Assembly (NCBI RefSeq): GCF_964194155.1
Contig: NC_135880.1
Coordinates: forward strand, 172,980,001 to 173,044,000
Direction: 5' to 3'
Origin: Cetorhinus maximus
Taxonomy: Eukaryota
DNA: 64,000 bases
The notes below the pieces were generated by a model that worked only from the letters and a program-made list of their open reading frames with translations, made no database searches and had not been told where the DNA came from. The position numbers and the translations under genes are program-made. Positions 12,310 to 24,124 of this stretch are shown here, one piece after another. The stretch's first letter is position 1. Each line of letters begins with the position of its first letter.

Positions 12310-13025
12310 GGTGACCCCATAGATTCTCACACTGCATCTGTGAACGTTTGACTCCAGTTGGCTTATAGCAGCGTGAATACCCTCTGTGAGAATGCTCCTA
12401 TCATGGAGACATGCTGGAGGCCCTACTTGTCGCTTGATTGCAGGAGGATGATGATGACATGCAGTGAGGACACTCAATGAATCTTCACATAGCCTCTGAG
12501 AATGTCTGACTCCTGTCTGGCTGAGGGCACTTGCTTGCGCTCAGGGTCATATCATAGAGATGCAACCATGAAACTTTAGAAGCACCTGATGCTGTGAACG
12601 CCTTCAGCACTTGAGTTCTTCAGGAGCTGGTGCACAGCATCAGCGGTCACAAATGCTGAAGAGATGGAGGCCAGCTCCTCCTTAAATGTGCTGACAGCAC
12701 ACGTAGAGAATGATGGAACTCTGTGGTGCCTGCCCACTACATTCTGGCAGAAATGGCAAGTACCGCCAAGGTGCAGGCTTCGGTAATGTCTCCAGGGAGT
12801 GTGAGGCTGGATCATCACTTTGGTCTGAAGGCTGCGTAGAGCACAGGGAAGAGGCCCTGGACTGAGACACCTGCCTTTATCTTGTGCAGGAAGGTTTCAC
12901 ATCTAAGTGACAAGAACACTGCTCATCAGAACAAGGAGCCAGAGGCAGGGAGACATTTGTGGGAGCTTATTGATAATAGTGAACAGTATATACAAGTGAT
13001 TAACACCAATGCCCAGGATGTGTAA

Positions 13026-14120
13026 CTAATCCTCCTTAATTGTCCTAACCCTGCCGCTATGTCTTGGTGCTCCCCGGACATCCACAGCAGAGGTGGCAGC
13101 CTGCTGACTGTGACGCCCTGTCTGTGATGACTTTGGTGGGTGTCCTCTGGAGAGCCAAGACCTGGAGGGCCCTGACCTCCAGCAATCCTCCAAGTGCCGG
13201 ACACCTGGGAATTCCCTGCCGCCGCCTGCAGTGCATGCAGTGCAATGTGCTGACCAAATTGTGATCCCAAGTCTATTCTAAAAGCTAGTTCCCACCGAGG
13301 TGTGTGCCACTGTGGAGGGTGTGGGTGAGCGCTGTGACAGGACTTCAGGGAGGGTCCCTTCAGATTCCTCTTTAGAGGTTTCTTCAGGACTTGTTTGGGG
13401 GCCCTGGGTCATGGACACTGCCTGCGAAAGGAGAGATAATTAGTGCATTGCAGTGACTTGTGAAACAGGACACATCACTCGCAGCATGGCTGTCTGATGG
13501 ATGTTGCACTGCTGGATCCTCACATGGTAGAACAGCGCCAACCACACCGTCAGCACAGGAACAGTCCAGATCATCATCGGCCAGCTGAATAGCTGTATTC
13601 AAAGCCTGTGAGGACCTTGATTTTGGACATTCTGCTATCAGTCTGCGGCCTCTCTCCCTTGTTGTGTGTAAGATTGTCCTACATAGATAGAGATGGAGAG
13701 AGTGTAAGCAGTCCAGATGATAAATATGTCTGGCCTGTGTGGGTGGTGAGTGGTCCCATGGATGGGGTGAGGACAATGACAGTGAGTGTGGGAGAGTGAA
13801 TGGTGATGTCCCTTGACCCGGCAGTGAGTGAGGGCCCTGTGGACATGTGATGGGTTTGTGAGTGTGTGAGCTGAGGGTGATGGAAAGAGTGATTTACTCT
13901 GATGGAACAGAGGAGATCATTCATCCCCTCATGGCAATGGGTGGCTCACATCAGCATTGCTGCCCTGTGCCCCCCAAGCCAGGTTAGGGCTGTTGCTGCC
14001 CATCCTGCGGCCAGAGCCGGGGTAGGGGGCATCCCGGCGTGGCTCCATGGCAACCAAAAGTCGCTCAAGAGATCCGTCGCTGAACCTGGGGGCTGCAGCC
14101 TTCTTCAGTTTCAGGGCCAT
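13026..14120 (-). pseudogene. Harbinger Myb/SANT-like DNA-binding protein gene, spliced and decayed
   Basis: First exon MALKLKKAAAPRFSDGSLERLLVAMEPRRDAPYPGSG...LAW; C-terminus APRHSGRVR. Convergent with the transposase. Confidence 0.8.
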
Positions 14121-15176
14121 GTCTTCCATGTAGCAGCGGTGAGCTGGACACACTGAGCATTGAGGTTGGGGCTGGACTTTAAGTGTGGCATCTGGCGTGA
14201 TGCTGCGGCAGGGTGATGGCGGGCGGGCGAATGAGAGCCCGCCTGCCATGAAAGTGGCGTGTTTCCCGGGAGTGCATAAATAACGAGGCTGACTTGGGAC
14301 AATACAACGTAAAAACCCATCGTTTTACTCACCGGCTACCACACTTAGTGCAAATTTAGGAAACGTCCACCCTTAAGCTCTGACGTCCCCCTGCATTTCT
14401 TTTTCTGTCCCCTGCAATGCTGTCTCTGCAAGGACTTGGAGAACTGCCAGCCAGTCTGATTGGCTGGCAGCTCTCCAAGGTGGGACTTCCTCTTAAGTGA
14501 GGGGCAGAAGTCCTGCCTGCAGTCACTTCATGCTCATTCGAGCTTGAAATGGCTGTGGGGCATTCGGAGTCAGTGGGGATGTGTTCCTTGTTGACTCTTC
14601 AGATAGTAGGAAGCAAGACCCCGCCATCCAAAAAATTAAGGCCCAGAGGTGTAAAGCCTCATTAAAAGTGCATATGTATAAAGAAACACAAACGACCTGA
14701 CCTTTTAGTCAGCAGTCTGTTCAGACTCCCAGGCACCAAGGCTCACCAACAACCTAAATGAAACTGAAACCATTTTATCTTTCTTAACACACAAGTATAT
14801 AATATATGTATATGTGTGTTTTTATTTTATAACAAAAATTATACATTGTTCATAGCAAAACAAATGGTCTTTCTTGTTTGTATGCATGGCTACATTGTGT
14901 TCTGTCAGTGCTGGGGACACCAGGTAATTGTTTCTGTCAATTCCCACCAGTCCGTTCCATATTTTACAGAACACGGTCAGTCTATTATTCTCTGTCCTTT
15001 GCAGTAGTGATTCCCATTCCAAATCTTTGATCCAGAATGTGATATTGATCTATCCCCCATACTGAATTGGGCAGAATCATGCAGCACCTCTTTGGATCGC
15101 TTCAATCTTACTGATATCTCTCATCATATAAGGATCCCACATACAACTTGGATACTCCAGGGTCGGACGAACAAAT

Positions 15177-16776
15177 CAGCAGGTCTGGCAGCATCTGCGG
15201 AGAGGAACACAGTTAACGTTTCGAGTCCGTATGACTCTTCAACAGATCTAAGGAAAAATAGAGAAGAGGTGAAATATAACCTGGTTTAAGGTGGTGGGGG
15301 GGCTCAGGTAGAGCTGGTTAGAGGACCAGTGTTAGGTGGAGATAGCCAAAAGATGTCATAGACAAAAGGACAAAGATGTGTTGAAGGTGGTGGTATTATC
15401 TAAGGAATGTGCTAATTAAGGGTAGAAAGCAGGACAAGCAAGTACAGATAGCCCTAGTGGGGGTGGGGTGGGGTGAAGGGAAAGGATTGTAAAAGGTAAA
15501 GATAAAACAATGGATGGAAATATATAAATTATTGGGAAAAAAAGGAGATTGGAAAGGGGGTGGGGATGGAGGAGAGAGTTCATGATCTAAAATTGTTGAT
15601 CTCAATATTCAGACCGGAAGGCTGTAAAGTGCCTACATCCGTGATTCCTCTGACACCCTACATCATATCAACGATTTCCAGTTCCCTGGCCCCAACCGCC
15701 TCCCCTTCACCTCTTCACGTCCAATCCCTCTACACCTCCATCCCCCACCGGGATGGTGTGATGGTTCTCTGCTTCTTCCTCGAACAGAGACCCGAACAAT
15801 CCCCATCCACCACTACTCTCCTCCGTCTGGCTGAACTTGTTCTCACACTGAACAATTTCTCCTTAAACTCCCTCACTTGCTCCAAATAAAAGGTGTGGCT
15901 ATAGGTACCCGCATGGGCCCCAGCTATGCCTGTCTCTTTATGGGGTATGTGGAACATTCCTTGTTCCAGTCCTACTCCTGCCCCTTCCCACAACTCTTTC
16001 TCCAGTACATCAATGATTGCTTCGGTGCTGCTTCATGCTCTCGTCTGGACCTGGAAAAATTTATTAATTTTGCTTCCAATTTCCACCCCACATGTCCGTC
16101 CTTGGCCTGCTGCATTGTTCCAGTGAAGCTCAACATAAACTGGAAGAACAGAACCTCATCTTCCAACTAGGTACTTTACAACCTTCTGGACTGAATACTG
16201 AGTTCAACAATTTTAGATCATGAACTCTCTCCTCCATCCCCACCCCCTTTCCGATCCCCCCTTTTTTTCCCAATAATTTATATAGATTTTTCTTATCCCA
16301 CCTATTTCCATTATTTTTAAATGTATTTCCATCCATTGTTTTATCTCTACCTTTTAGCCTATTTCCATCCCTTCCCTTCACCCCACCCCACCCCCACTAG
16401 GGCTATCTGTACTTTGCTTGTCCTGCTTTCTACCCTTAATTAGCACATTCCTTAGATAATATCACCACCTTCAACACCTCTTTGTCCTTTTGTCTATGAC
16501 ATCTTTTGGCAATCTCCACCTATCACTGGCCCTCTAACCAGCTCTCCTTGTCCCACCCCTCCTTAAACCAGCTTATATTTCACCTCTTTTCTATTTTTCC
16601 TTAGTTCATCTTATATTTCACCTCTTTTTTATTTTTCCTTAGTTCCTTAGAGTCATACGGCCTCGAAATGTTAACTGTGTTCCTCTCTGCAGATGCTGCC
16701 AGACCTGCTGAGTTTTTCCAGGTATTTTTATTTTTGTTTTGGATTTCCAGCATCCGCAGTTTTTTGCTTTTATCTT
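15177..16776 (+). mobile_element. Penelope-like element with inverted pseudo-LTRs, RT fragment and endonuclease C-terminus
   Basis: TSD GGAC/TGAACAAAT at 15165-15176 and 16777-16788. Inverted arms ~15177-15634 and ~16168-16720. RT motifs LAELVLTLNNF and QIKGVAIGTRMGPSYACLFMG..QYINDCF; C-terminus KLEEQNLIFQLGTLQPSGLN. Confidence 0.92.
15211..15249 (-). ncRNA. Minimal hammerhead-ribozyme-like motif in Penelope pseudo-LTR
   Basis: Minus strand: AGAT CTGTTGA A GAGTC-ATACG-GACTC GAAA CG TT AACT. This has a CUGANGA-like core with A6 changed to U, a perfect helix II, GAAA and a palindromic AACGTT. Confidence 0.65.
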
Positions 16777-17224
16777 GGATGAACAAATGTTTGGTAAGCT
16801 ATAACTCTGATACTTTTGCTGCAAAACCAAAGACTCCCCCTCAGAAATCCAAGAACCCTGCTTGCTTTGAATGTTATCTATTGTTATCCCTGGTGAAGAT
16901 TGTTTTTGAGATGAACCCCCAGGTATGGTTGTGTATCTATCTGTTGGAGAGTTTAATTACAGAACTTAAAGCTATCTTTTGTTGGATCTTTTTTGTTGGT
17001 GATACACGTGACATAGCATTTCTTGCCATTGAATGACATTTCCCTTGGTCCAGCCATTTTTGCAAATTCTGGAAGATTATCTTGTAATGAATGGATTTGA
17101 GCTTGAGTTTTCCCTGATACATATACCACACAGTCATCTGAAAATTGTCACATGCTGTTTTTTAACTTCTTGGGAAGTTCATTTGTGTCAGGAGGAGCAA
17201 AGTTCCCAACACAGTTCCACAATT

Positions 17225-17668
17225 CAGCATGTATCTTGCTCATGTCTTTGCTTTCCGACAGTGCTGAACTGCTTTCTGTTATTAACACATCCTGCTATTT
17301 TGCTTTAAGACAGTGCTGACCTTTGTTTTGCTCATAACACATTCTGCCATTTTACTTTCAGACTGTGCACACCTTTATTCTGCCATTAACACCTATTTTG
17401 ATCAAGCTTTATGTTTTTAATGCTATCATTACCACTCCCTGTGCCTGTGTTGCCTTTGTCATTTTATCTCCCTCACTCTCTAATCATTCCCTGACCTTCT
17501 CTTTTGTTCCACCTGCCCTTCAGCTTTTCCAACAGCATAAAACCCATCACATTCCTTCTCCTCTTCAGTTCTAAAGAAGAGTCATATTGGACTTGAAACG
17601 TTGACGCTATTTCTTTCTCTACAGATGCTCGCACAACTGCTGAGCTTTTCCATCACTTTCTGTTTTTA
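17225..17668 (+). mobile_element. Older Penelope pseudo-LTR fragment with degenerate hammerhead-like motif (17567-17606)
   Basis: agttctaaagaagagtcatattggacttgaaacgttgac...cagatgct...ctgctgag. It interrupts the LINE GV..GTV motif. Confidence 0.7.
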
Positions 17669-18814
17669 TGACTGTTCCCAGGGACACTCCAGAGAGGACA
17701 TCTCTATGAAAGGATTATTCCCCATCACACACCACTGTTGATAAGGAAGTGCCAGATCCAAATTAATAATGTCCCCCTGATTCCATAGTAGTGAAGTATG
17801 GACAAGAGTTTCTTTTGGGGAACTTTGTGAAAGGTTTTTGAGAAATCTAATATTGACATGTGAGTAGCTTCATGTCTTTTGAGACTTGAAGCTGAATCAT
17901 TGACTGTCTGCAAATCTGGACAATTGCAAATTTCAAAACTCCAATAGATTTTTGTTAAATGTTAGGGACCAAAGGTGGGCTTGATGGAGTTGAAATATAG
18001 ATCAGCCATGATCTAACTGAATGGTGGATCAGGCTCAAGGGGCTGATTGGCCTCCTCCTGTTCCCAGCAGGAGCTTTAATGCCAAACAATATATTAAGGC
18101 AAACATTTTATTTTCAAGTTGAGTTAGACTTTCATATTTCAACTCCAAATTTTAAAATGACATAAAATATTAGCAAGCAGCTATTGACTTCTGCATAAAA
18201 GATAGCAGATACACATTGCAAGAAAGACATCAAGCGCTTCAGTGCTGCTTTGCAAAGCCATAAATCATAGCTCTGGAAGTGTCACCTTCATACACTGACG
18301 CCTGGTAATTGTTTTTGAATTGCAATTCTGCTGCATGGAAAACGCAGGCCCTTATACGGGTTTTTAAAAAAAAAATCATAAAATAATAGAGCGTTCAATC
18401 AATTTTTTTGAAGTTTCTCTCTCGGCTGCTGTGCAGGATGAAAGCTTCTACTGGTACTTTGTCTGCCGGCTAAACCAGCCTAGAATTATATTAGGTAAGT
18501 AGGAGCTTTTATTGAAAGGATGATATCCTTTTCTGTCAGCTTAATGGAGGTTGTTTTGAAGAACTGCTGAACATTCTATCAACCTGACACCAGCTGCACA
18601 TCACTGGAGGGAACCAATTCATAGCAAGGTTTTTTGAGGTATGGGTGATCTATTTTGAATAAATACAGCTACTTTGTATGAGGCGCACAGTAAACCAGGA
18701 AAGGCAGCATCAGAAAACAATATACATCTTCCTTCCATTCATATAGGATGTGACAATGGCCAGGGATGAGCGAGTCTTGATCCAAACAGATACGGACTAA
18801 TATTTCATTTTGTA

Positions 18815-20177
18815 GGTCATAGAAGGTTTCGATAGAGTAAACAAGGAGAAACAGTTTCCAGTGCGAGAAGGGTCCTCAAACCAAAGGACACAGATTGAAG
18901 GTGATAGGAAAAAAATAACAGAGACGGCATCAGGAAACATTTCTTTACACCGCATGTTGTTGTAATCTGAAATGCACTGCCTGAAAGGGTACTGGAAGAA
19001 GACCCAGAAATAATTTTCAGAAGGCAATTTGATAAATACTTAAAGGGAAAAAAAAAAAAATTACAGGGCTATGAGGCAAAAGTTGGGAAGTGCGACAAAT
19101 TGAAAAGCGCTTTCAAAGAGGCATGAAAGATGGGCTGAATGGTCTAGAATGATACAGCACAGGAGGGGACAATTGCCGAACCTGGAAATATTATTGTGTG
19201 GTACCTCAGCAACAGTACTATTTCTATTGTCCTCTTGCATTTTTTTTTTGCATCTTTCTCACCTTCCAAAAATGTATCTTTATCCTTGTTGCTCAATTAT
19301 TTATATCTTTCCTTCGCTGCTCTGTGCATTTCTTTTTTTTTCTGTCCAGGCTATGATTGCCCATCTGTCCCTCCTCACAGATGCTGTTTGATTGCACTAA
19401 CTGCCATTTCTTTTTCTGCTTCTTCTGCATCTCACCTCCCACTCACTGCATGTGACAGATTGGACTCCCACAGACTGAGGTCCAACACAACACATCATCT
19501 CTGCCTTGCACATTGCCAAATCGTATTAGAAGGAGCATAAAGTAATTTTTAGCATAGAATCAAAGATACAGCACAGCAGGCAATTTGTAACGGAACTAGA
19601 GATAGGATGAGATTTTTTTAATAACACGAGTTGTTATGGACTGGAATTAATTGTTTGTCAGAGTGGTGGAAGCAGATTCAATATTCAAACAGGAATTGGC
19701 TAACTACTTCAAAGGGGAAGAGGAAAACAAGTTCAGGGCTTTGGGGAATGGGATCATTGGATATCTCTGTCAAAGAGCCAGCACAGACAAATGGGCCAAA
19801 GAGCCTCTTTTCTGAGCTGTATTGTTCTATGGTTATAAGATTATATGATTATATTGTTCTGGGAGAGATGAGAACTAGGGGACACAGTTTAAAAATAAGG
19901 GGTCTCCCATTTGAGACGGAGATGAGGAGAATTTTTTTTTCTTTCAGAGGGCTATGGGTCTTTGGAGCTTTCTACCCCAGAGTGGTGGAGGTAGAGCCAT
20001 TGAATATCTTTAAGGCAAAGGTAGATAGATTCTCGACTAACAAGGGAGTCAGAGGTTATTAGTAGTAGATGGGATTGTGGAGTTGAGGCCACAGTCAGAT
20101 CAGCCATGATCTTATTGAATGGCGGAGCAGGCTCAAGGGGCCGAATCGCCTACTCCCGCTCCTAATTCGTGTGTTCT
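18815..20177 (+). mobile_element. Cluster of CR1/HER1-like LINE 3' fragments (about 18815-19145, 19580-19840, 19855-20177)
   Basis: RTRGHSLKIRG..F.TEMRR.FF motif and 3' UTR gatcagccatgatcttattgaatggcggagcaggctcaaggggccgaat. Confidence 0.75.
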
Positions 20178-20699
20178 TAAGAGCAATAAGTTTCACTTCC
20201 ATGTTCTTTCCTGAGAGCCATTTTTGGACATGTGTAGTAATAGACACAAACCAGACTAAGGATAAAGTTTAGATGGGGAAATGCAGGATTTTATCAGGCT
20301 GAAGTGAGCTCTGCTGGAATGAAATGTAAGAAACTTGATAGAAATTTGGAAGCGGAGAGAAAGAAATGCAAATGCTATCAGCAACAAAGTGCATTTCTAC
20401 ATTACTCTGACATAAATAAAAACATTTCAGCGCAGAAGTGATAGGTGGAAGGTAAAAGGAATTTGGACGATGCCAAAGGCAGAGTTGTTGAGAAGAGTTT
20501 TCAGGAGATATTTTGAAATGAGGGAGAGGAAGATATAGCTAGTGTTCCAGGAGGTGCAGTAATAAATTGGTGGTGCGGAGCAAGCATTCATGTCAGGACA
20601 TACTGGGGCAGGCAAGAACATGAAGCTATTTGAAAGAGAGATGCAAATCTTATAATCACTTCACTGAGGCACAGAAAGCAGTCAAGCTTGGAAAGAACG

Positions 20700-21210
20700 A
20701 TAGCACCATTCATGAGAATGCTCCAAAGCACTTTATAGCCACGAAGCACTTTGAACTTAATTCTAATAACAGAAACACACCAGTCAAGGTCCTAGGGCGA
20801 GCAGATAATCTGTTTTTGTGGTAGGATTGTTTGAAGGGAAATAATTGGCCGGAACATTGAGAAGCACATCCAATGCTCTTTTTCAACACAGCATTATTGG
20901 GTTGAAAACAGAACGTGCTGGAAAACCTCAGCACATCTGGCAGTGAGAAACAAGTTAACATTTCAAGTCCAACGTGACTCTTCTTTGGAACAGCAACTCC
21001 AGCACTTTGCTTCTATTTTAGCATTGTTGGGTCATTTATATCCACCTGAAAGGGCCTTGTGTTAACACTTCATCTGAAAGATGGCACCTCCAACAGTGCA
21101 GCTCTCCCTCAGTCTAGCACTCCTGCTCAAATCTCTGGAATAGGGATTGAACTCACAATCATTTGAATCAGAGGCATGAGTGCTACCAACTAAGTCACAC
21201 TGACACTTAA
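20700..21210 (-). mobile_element. Deu-domain (SacSINE1/AmnSINE1-like) SINE with a Penelope fragment inserted at about 20900-21020
   Basis: Reverse-complement similarity to 44780-45197 (catctgaaagatggcacctccaacagtgcag..ctccctcagt). Confidence 0.65.
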
Positions 21211-22186
21211 TTTTTGATGTTTCTAATCATCAGAAGCACCAAAACATTTAAGCACAATATTAGGGTTACTATCCATAATAAATATATTGAAAATTGGACT
21301 TTACCTGTGGCTTACACCTATGGTAGTAACTTGTAAGAGGCACTGGTCAATCGAAATTACTCCAGTGGCACACTGTAAAATGATGAGAAAGCTGAATTAT
21401 CAGTGGAAAGTTAGACAGTGTATGAAATTCAACCACTCGTCTGACAACAGTGAAAATGATATTTTCCCTTGTCCCAAATTGAATTACAATAATGTGGTCA
21501 ATATGGGACACTAACCGTAATGCAATCAGTAATTGTAACTGACATATAACCAGTCGCTGCAGCAATGATAGAATGTGCAGAAAGGAACTTCTCTGTCAAG
21601 GGTAAATGTGCTCCAAAGGGAACAGGAGAGAGACCTGATGAGGTTTTGACATGCCTAGATTAGGAAAAAATTGAAAAGAGAAAGAACATGCGGGTACTTC
21701 AGGTTCTTAAATGGAGGCTGATAAATTCTCTGATGTCTTGACCTACTGGGTCAATTCACGCTTGGACATCTGGACAATCAGCTTTAACGCCAGGTTCTGA
21801 ATGAAAAGAATCATCAGTTCCACAATGAATTCATCAAAGCTGATCGCTCTTATGAAACATCCTACAATAGGACATTAACACCTTCCTGAATAGTATAGGT
21901 CATGTCATGCCCAACGTATTGCTTTAAAAGGTTCCCGGGATCATTATGCATCAAGTCCAGGTGTACATATGGAAGCTTCCTAGCTTAAGTACATAATCAA
22001 AGGTAACAGAACCAAGCAACTAATATGTTAACTAAAGCAACTTGCATTTATATAGCACCTTTAATGTAGTGAAGAGTGAGGTGGCCAAAAGCTTGGGCAA
22101 AGAAATAAGTTTTAAAGAATGACTTAAAGGAAAAGGATTGAAAGGAGAGAGATGGAAAGATTTAGGGGGGAATACTGGAGTTGAGC

Positions 22187-22941
22187 TGTTATGACTGGTG
22201 CAGTTGGTAAAGAGGAGTTATTTAAAAATTCCAGAGGGAAACTTTAAACAACTGTCATAACCTATCATTTTAAATGTTTTGTTTGAGATGCGACTCTAAA
22301 TTCAGGAATCAGACCACCAGTCCTCAAGGTTTTACATTAAATTAAGGGAAACATTGTATTAATTTACACAGGTTAAAATGTATACACATGGCTACAAATT
22401 ACTACTATCATAACTTTTAACAAATTCCCAAACTAATTTCCATTAAGGCAACAACAACCCATAGACTTAACCAAACACCAGGCAAAGCATTTTCACCTTA
22501 TAAATCCAAAATGAGGTTCTTTTCACTTGGTTCCTGTGGAGCCAGTTGGAGCCTTGCAGCTGCTTTTTGATCTTACATTGCCTCTGCTCTGCACACCTGA
22601 AAACTGCTGAAGTTATACCTACCACCACTGATTGAATTCAAATTCTCATTGTCTCACCAGCCTCTTTGAATTTCACTTTTTAACGATGAAACCCCTTTCA
22701 TAGTACCAATTTTATTAATGATATAAACATATTGCTTGGTAGCTGCTAGATAGGCACCAAGTTTTCACCCCACTTCTTGAATGCCCTATGCAGGCTAACT
22801 CTCTTACATATCAAAACTAGTACATATCAAACCGCCCAGACCAACTGGCTTTAATTCAATTTAGACACACCCACAGACTAAACCTCTATTTAAAAAATAT
22901 ATATTTTCCAAAATATTATATACATTAATAGCTTCATGATA
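22187..22941 (-). mobile_element. Solo LTR, family A, copy 1
   Basis: TGTTATGAC...CATGATA with 5-bp TSD TGAGC (22182-22186, 22942-22946). Homologous to the copies at 26387 and 52238. Confidence 0.9.
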
Positions 22942-23460
22942 TGAGCGAAAAGCACAACCACCAGTGGTGGAACAAAGGACACTGGGGTGCTTAATGGACC
23001 AAAGTGCAAAGACAGATACAGAAAGGTAATATGATCTTATTTTACCATTTGCAAGTCTCTGTAAGGGGCAAACAGATACAGCTATTACAGATATGTTTAT
23101 TCATTTAGCATGCCAAGCCCATGGGGATTATCAATCAACAACTTGTCAGCAACACTGATTCTGGGTCTTGACATTTTTATGCCTCAGTATGTAATATAAT
23201 GGCGTGTATGTTGCCATTGTGTCAATCTTTATGTTCTGTAAGTTAGATTGGCTGTAAAAATGGCTTTGATCGAAAGCCGATATAATCCTCTTTAGCTCCT
23301 GCTCTCCAAAATGAAGGTTAGGAGTGAGGAGGAAGAAAAACAGAATCGGTAATAAAAAAAAGGTTCATGGTTTAAATTTAATCGGTAGAATAATTAGAGA
23401 AAATGCATGTTAGATGAGGCTAAAGGGAATTTTAACTTAAAGTTTAAAGATAAATTCAGG

Positions 23461-23777
23461 CATGGAATAATGAAGAATAGAATGGAATAGTGAAGAATAG
23501 AATGGAATAATGAAGAATCGAATGGAATAGTGAAAAATAGAATGGAATAATGAAGAATAGAATGGAATGGTGAAGAATAGAATGGAATAATGAAGAATCG
23601 AATGGAATAGTGAAAAATAGAATGGAATAATGAAGAATAGAATGGAATGGTGAAGAATAGAATGGAATAATGAAGAATCGAATGGAATAGTGAAGAATAG
23701 AATAGAATAATGAAGAATAGAATGGAATAGTGAAGAATAGAATGGAATAGTGAAGAATAGAATGGAATAGTGAAGAA
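23461..23777. repeat. Tandem satellite with 20-bp unit AATGGAATAGTGAAGAATAG, about 16 copies
   Basis: Read directly. Variant units recur every 80 bp. Confidence 0.97.
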
Positions 23778-24124
23778 AGTAAGAAAATAAAAAGACTCAC
23801 CAGGATAAACAGATATAAAGGGGTGGAAACTTTTCTTGTGCAGTAAAACTACTGAGAGCAAAATCACAGTAGGCACCTATTATACTTGATACTGAATTCT
23901 ACTGAAGTCATTGAGCAGGAGGTTTAATGAGTGACTGGTTCAGTACTGCTCATTTCGTGTTGTTTCTATCCAAAATCTTTAAAATTTTATCTTTGCTATT
24001 TTTTGTTGCGTGAGTTATTATTGCAGGAATAGAGCCATTTGTGATGCATGATTTATTTATTATTGTAATGTTGTTTCTCCTTTCAGCATTGCAGTGCCTG
24101 AGTAAAATATCCTAAATTCAATCG

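Larger units (their letters stand above)
9825..14372 (+). mobile_element. PIF/Harbinger DNA transposon (element H1), two-gene architecture
   Basis: Imperfect TIRs GGGCGGAATTTTCC / GGAAACGTCCACCC, with a 3-bp TSD TTA at 9822-9824 and 14373-14375. Transposase on +, Myb/SANT-like gene on -. Confidence 0.92.
9309..14644. mobile_element. Older Harbinger-type MITE split by the Harbinger insertion
   Basis: Termini gggccaagattt / aaaattaaggccc. The halves are 9309-9824 and 14373-14644. Confidence 0.65.
8493..14789 (-). mobile_element. Solo LTR (same family as 38525-39821) split by Penelope, MITE and Harbinger insertions
   Basis: TG...CA termini. 8531-8550 gcttgatagatcctaactttt is the reverse complement of the 39740s aaaagttaggatctatcaagc. 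The right end aaccattttatctttcttaaca matches the reverse complement of tgttaggaaatagagatggtt at 38525. Confidence 0.75.
8376..17915 (-). mobile_element. CR1/L2-group LINE ORF2, broken into collinear pieces by nested insertions
   Basis: Collinear RT motifs on the minus strand: LDFSKTFHKVP..LLSILHYYGIRG (17725-17913), GVSLGTV (~17680), GTVLG (~17210), FSDDCVVY (~17130), AYQTFVHP (~16790), EWESL..NRLTVFCKIWNG (14900-15020) and YQQSFFPRIIPQWNKLP (8420-8490). Confidence 0.8.

Noticed and set aside
23394-23876. 160-aa and 114-aa repetitive ORFs, and a CRISPR-like periodicity
   Set aside because: These are translations of a head-to-tail 20-bp satellite. There are no unique spacers and no cas genes, and the context is eukaryotic.
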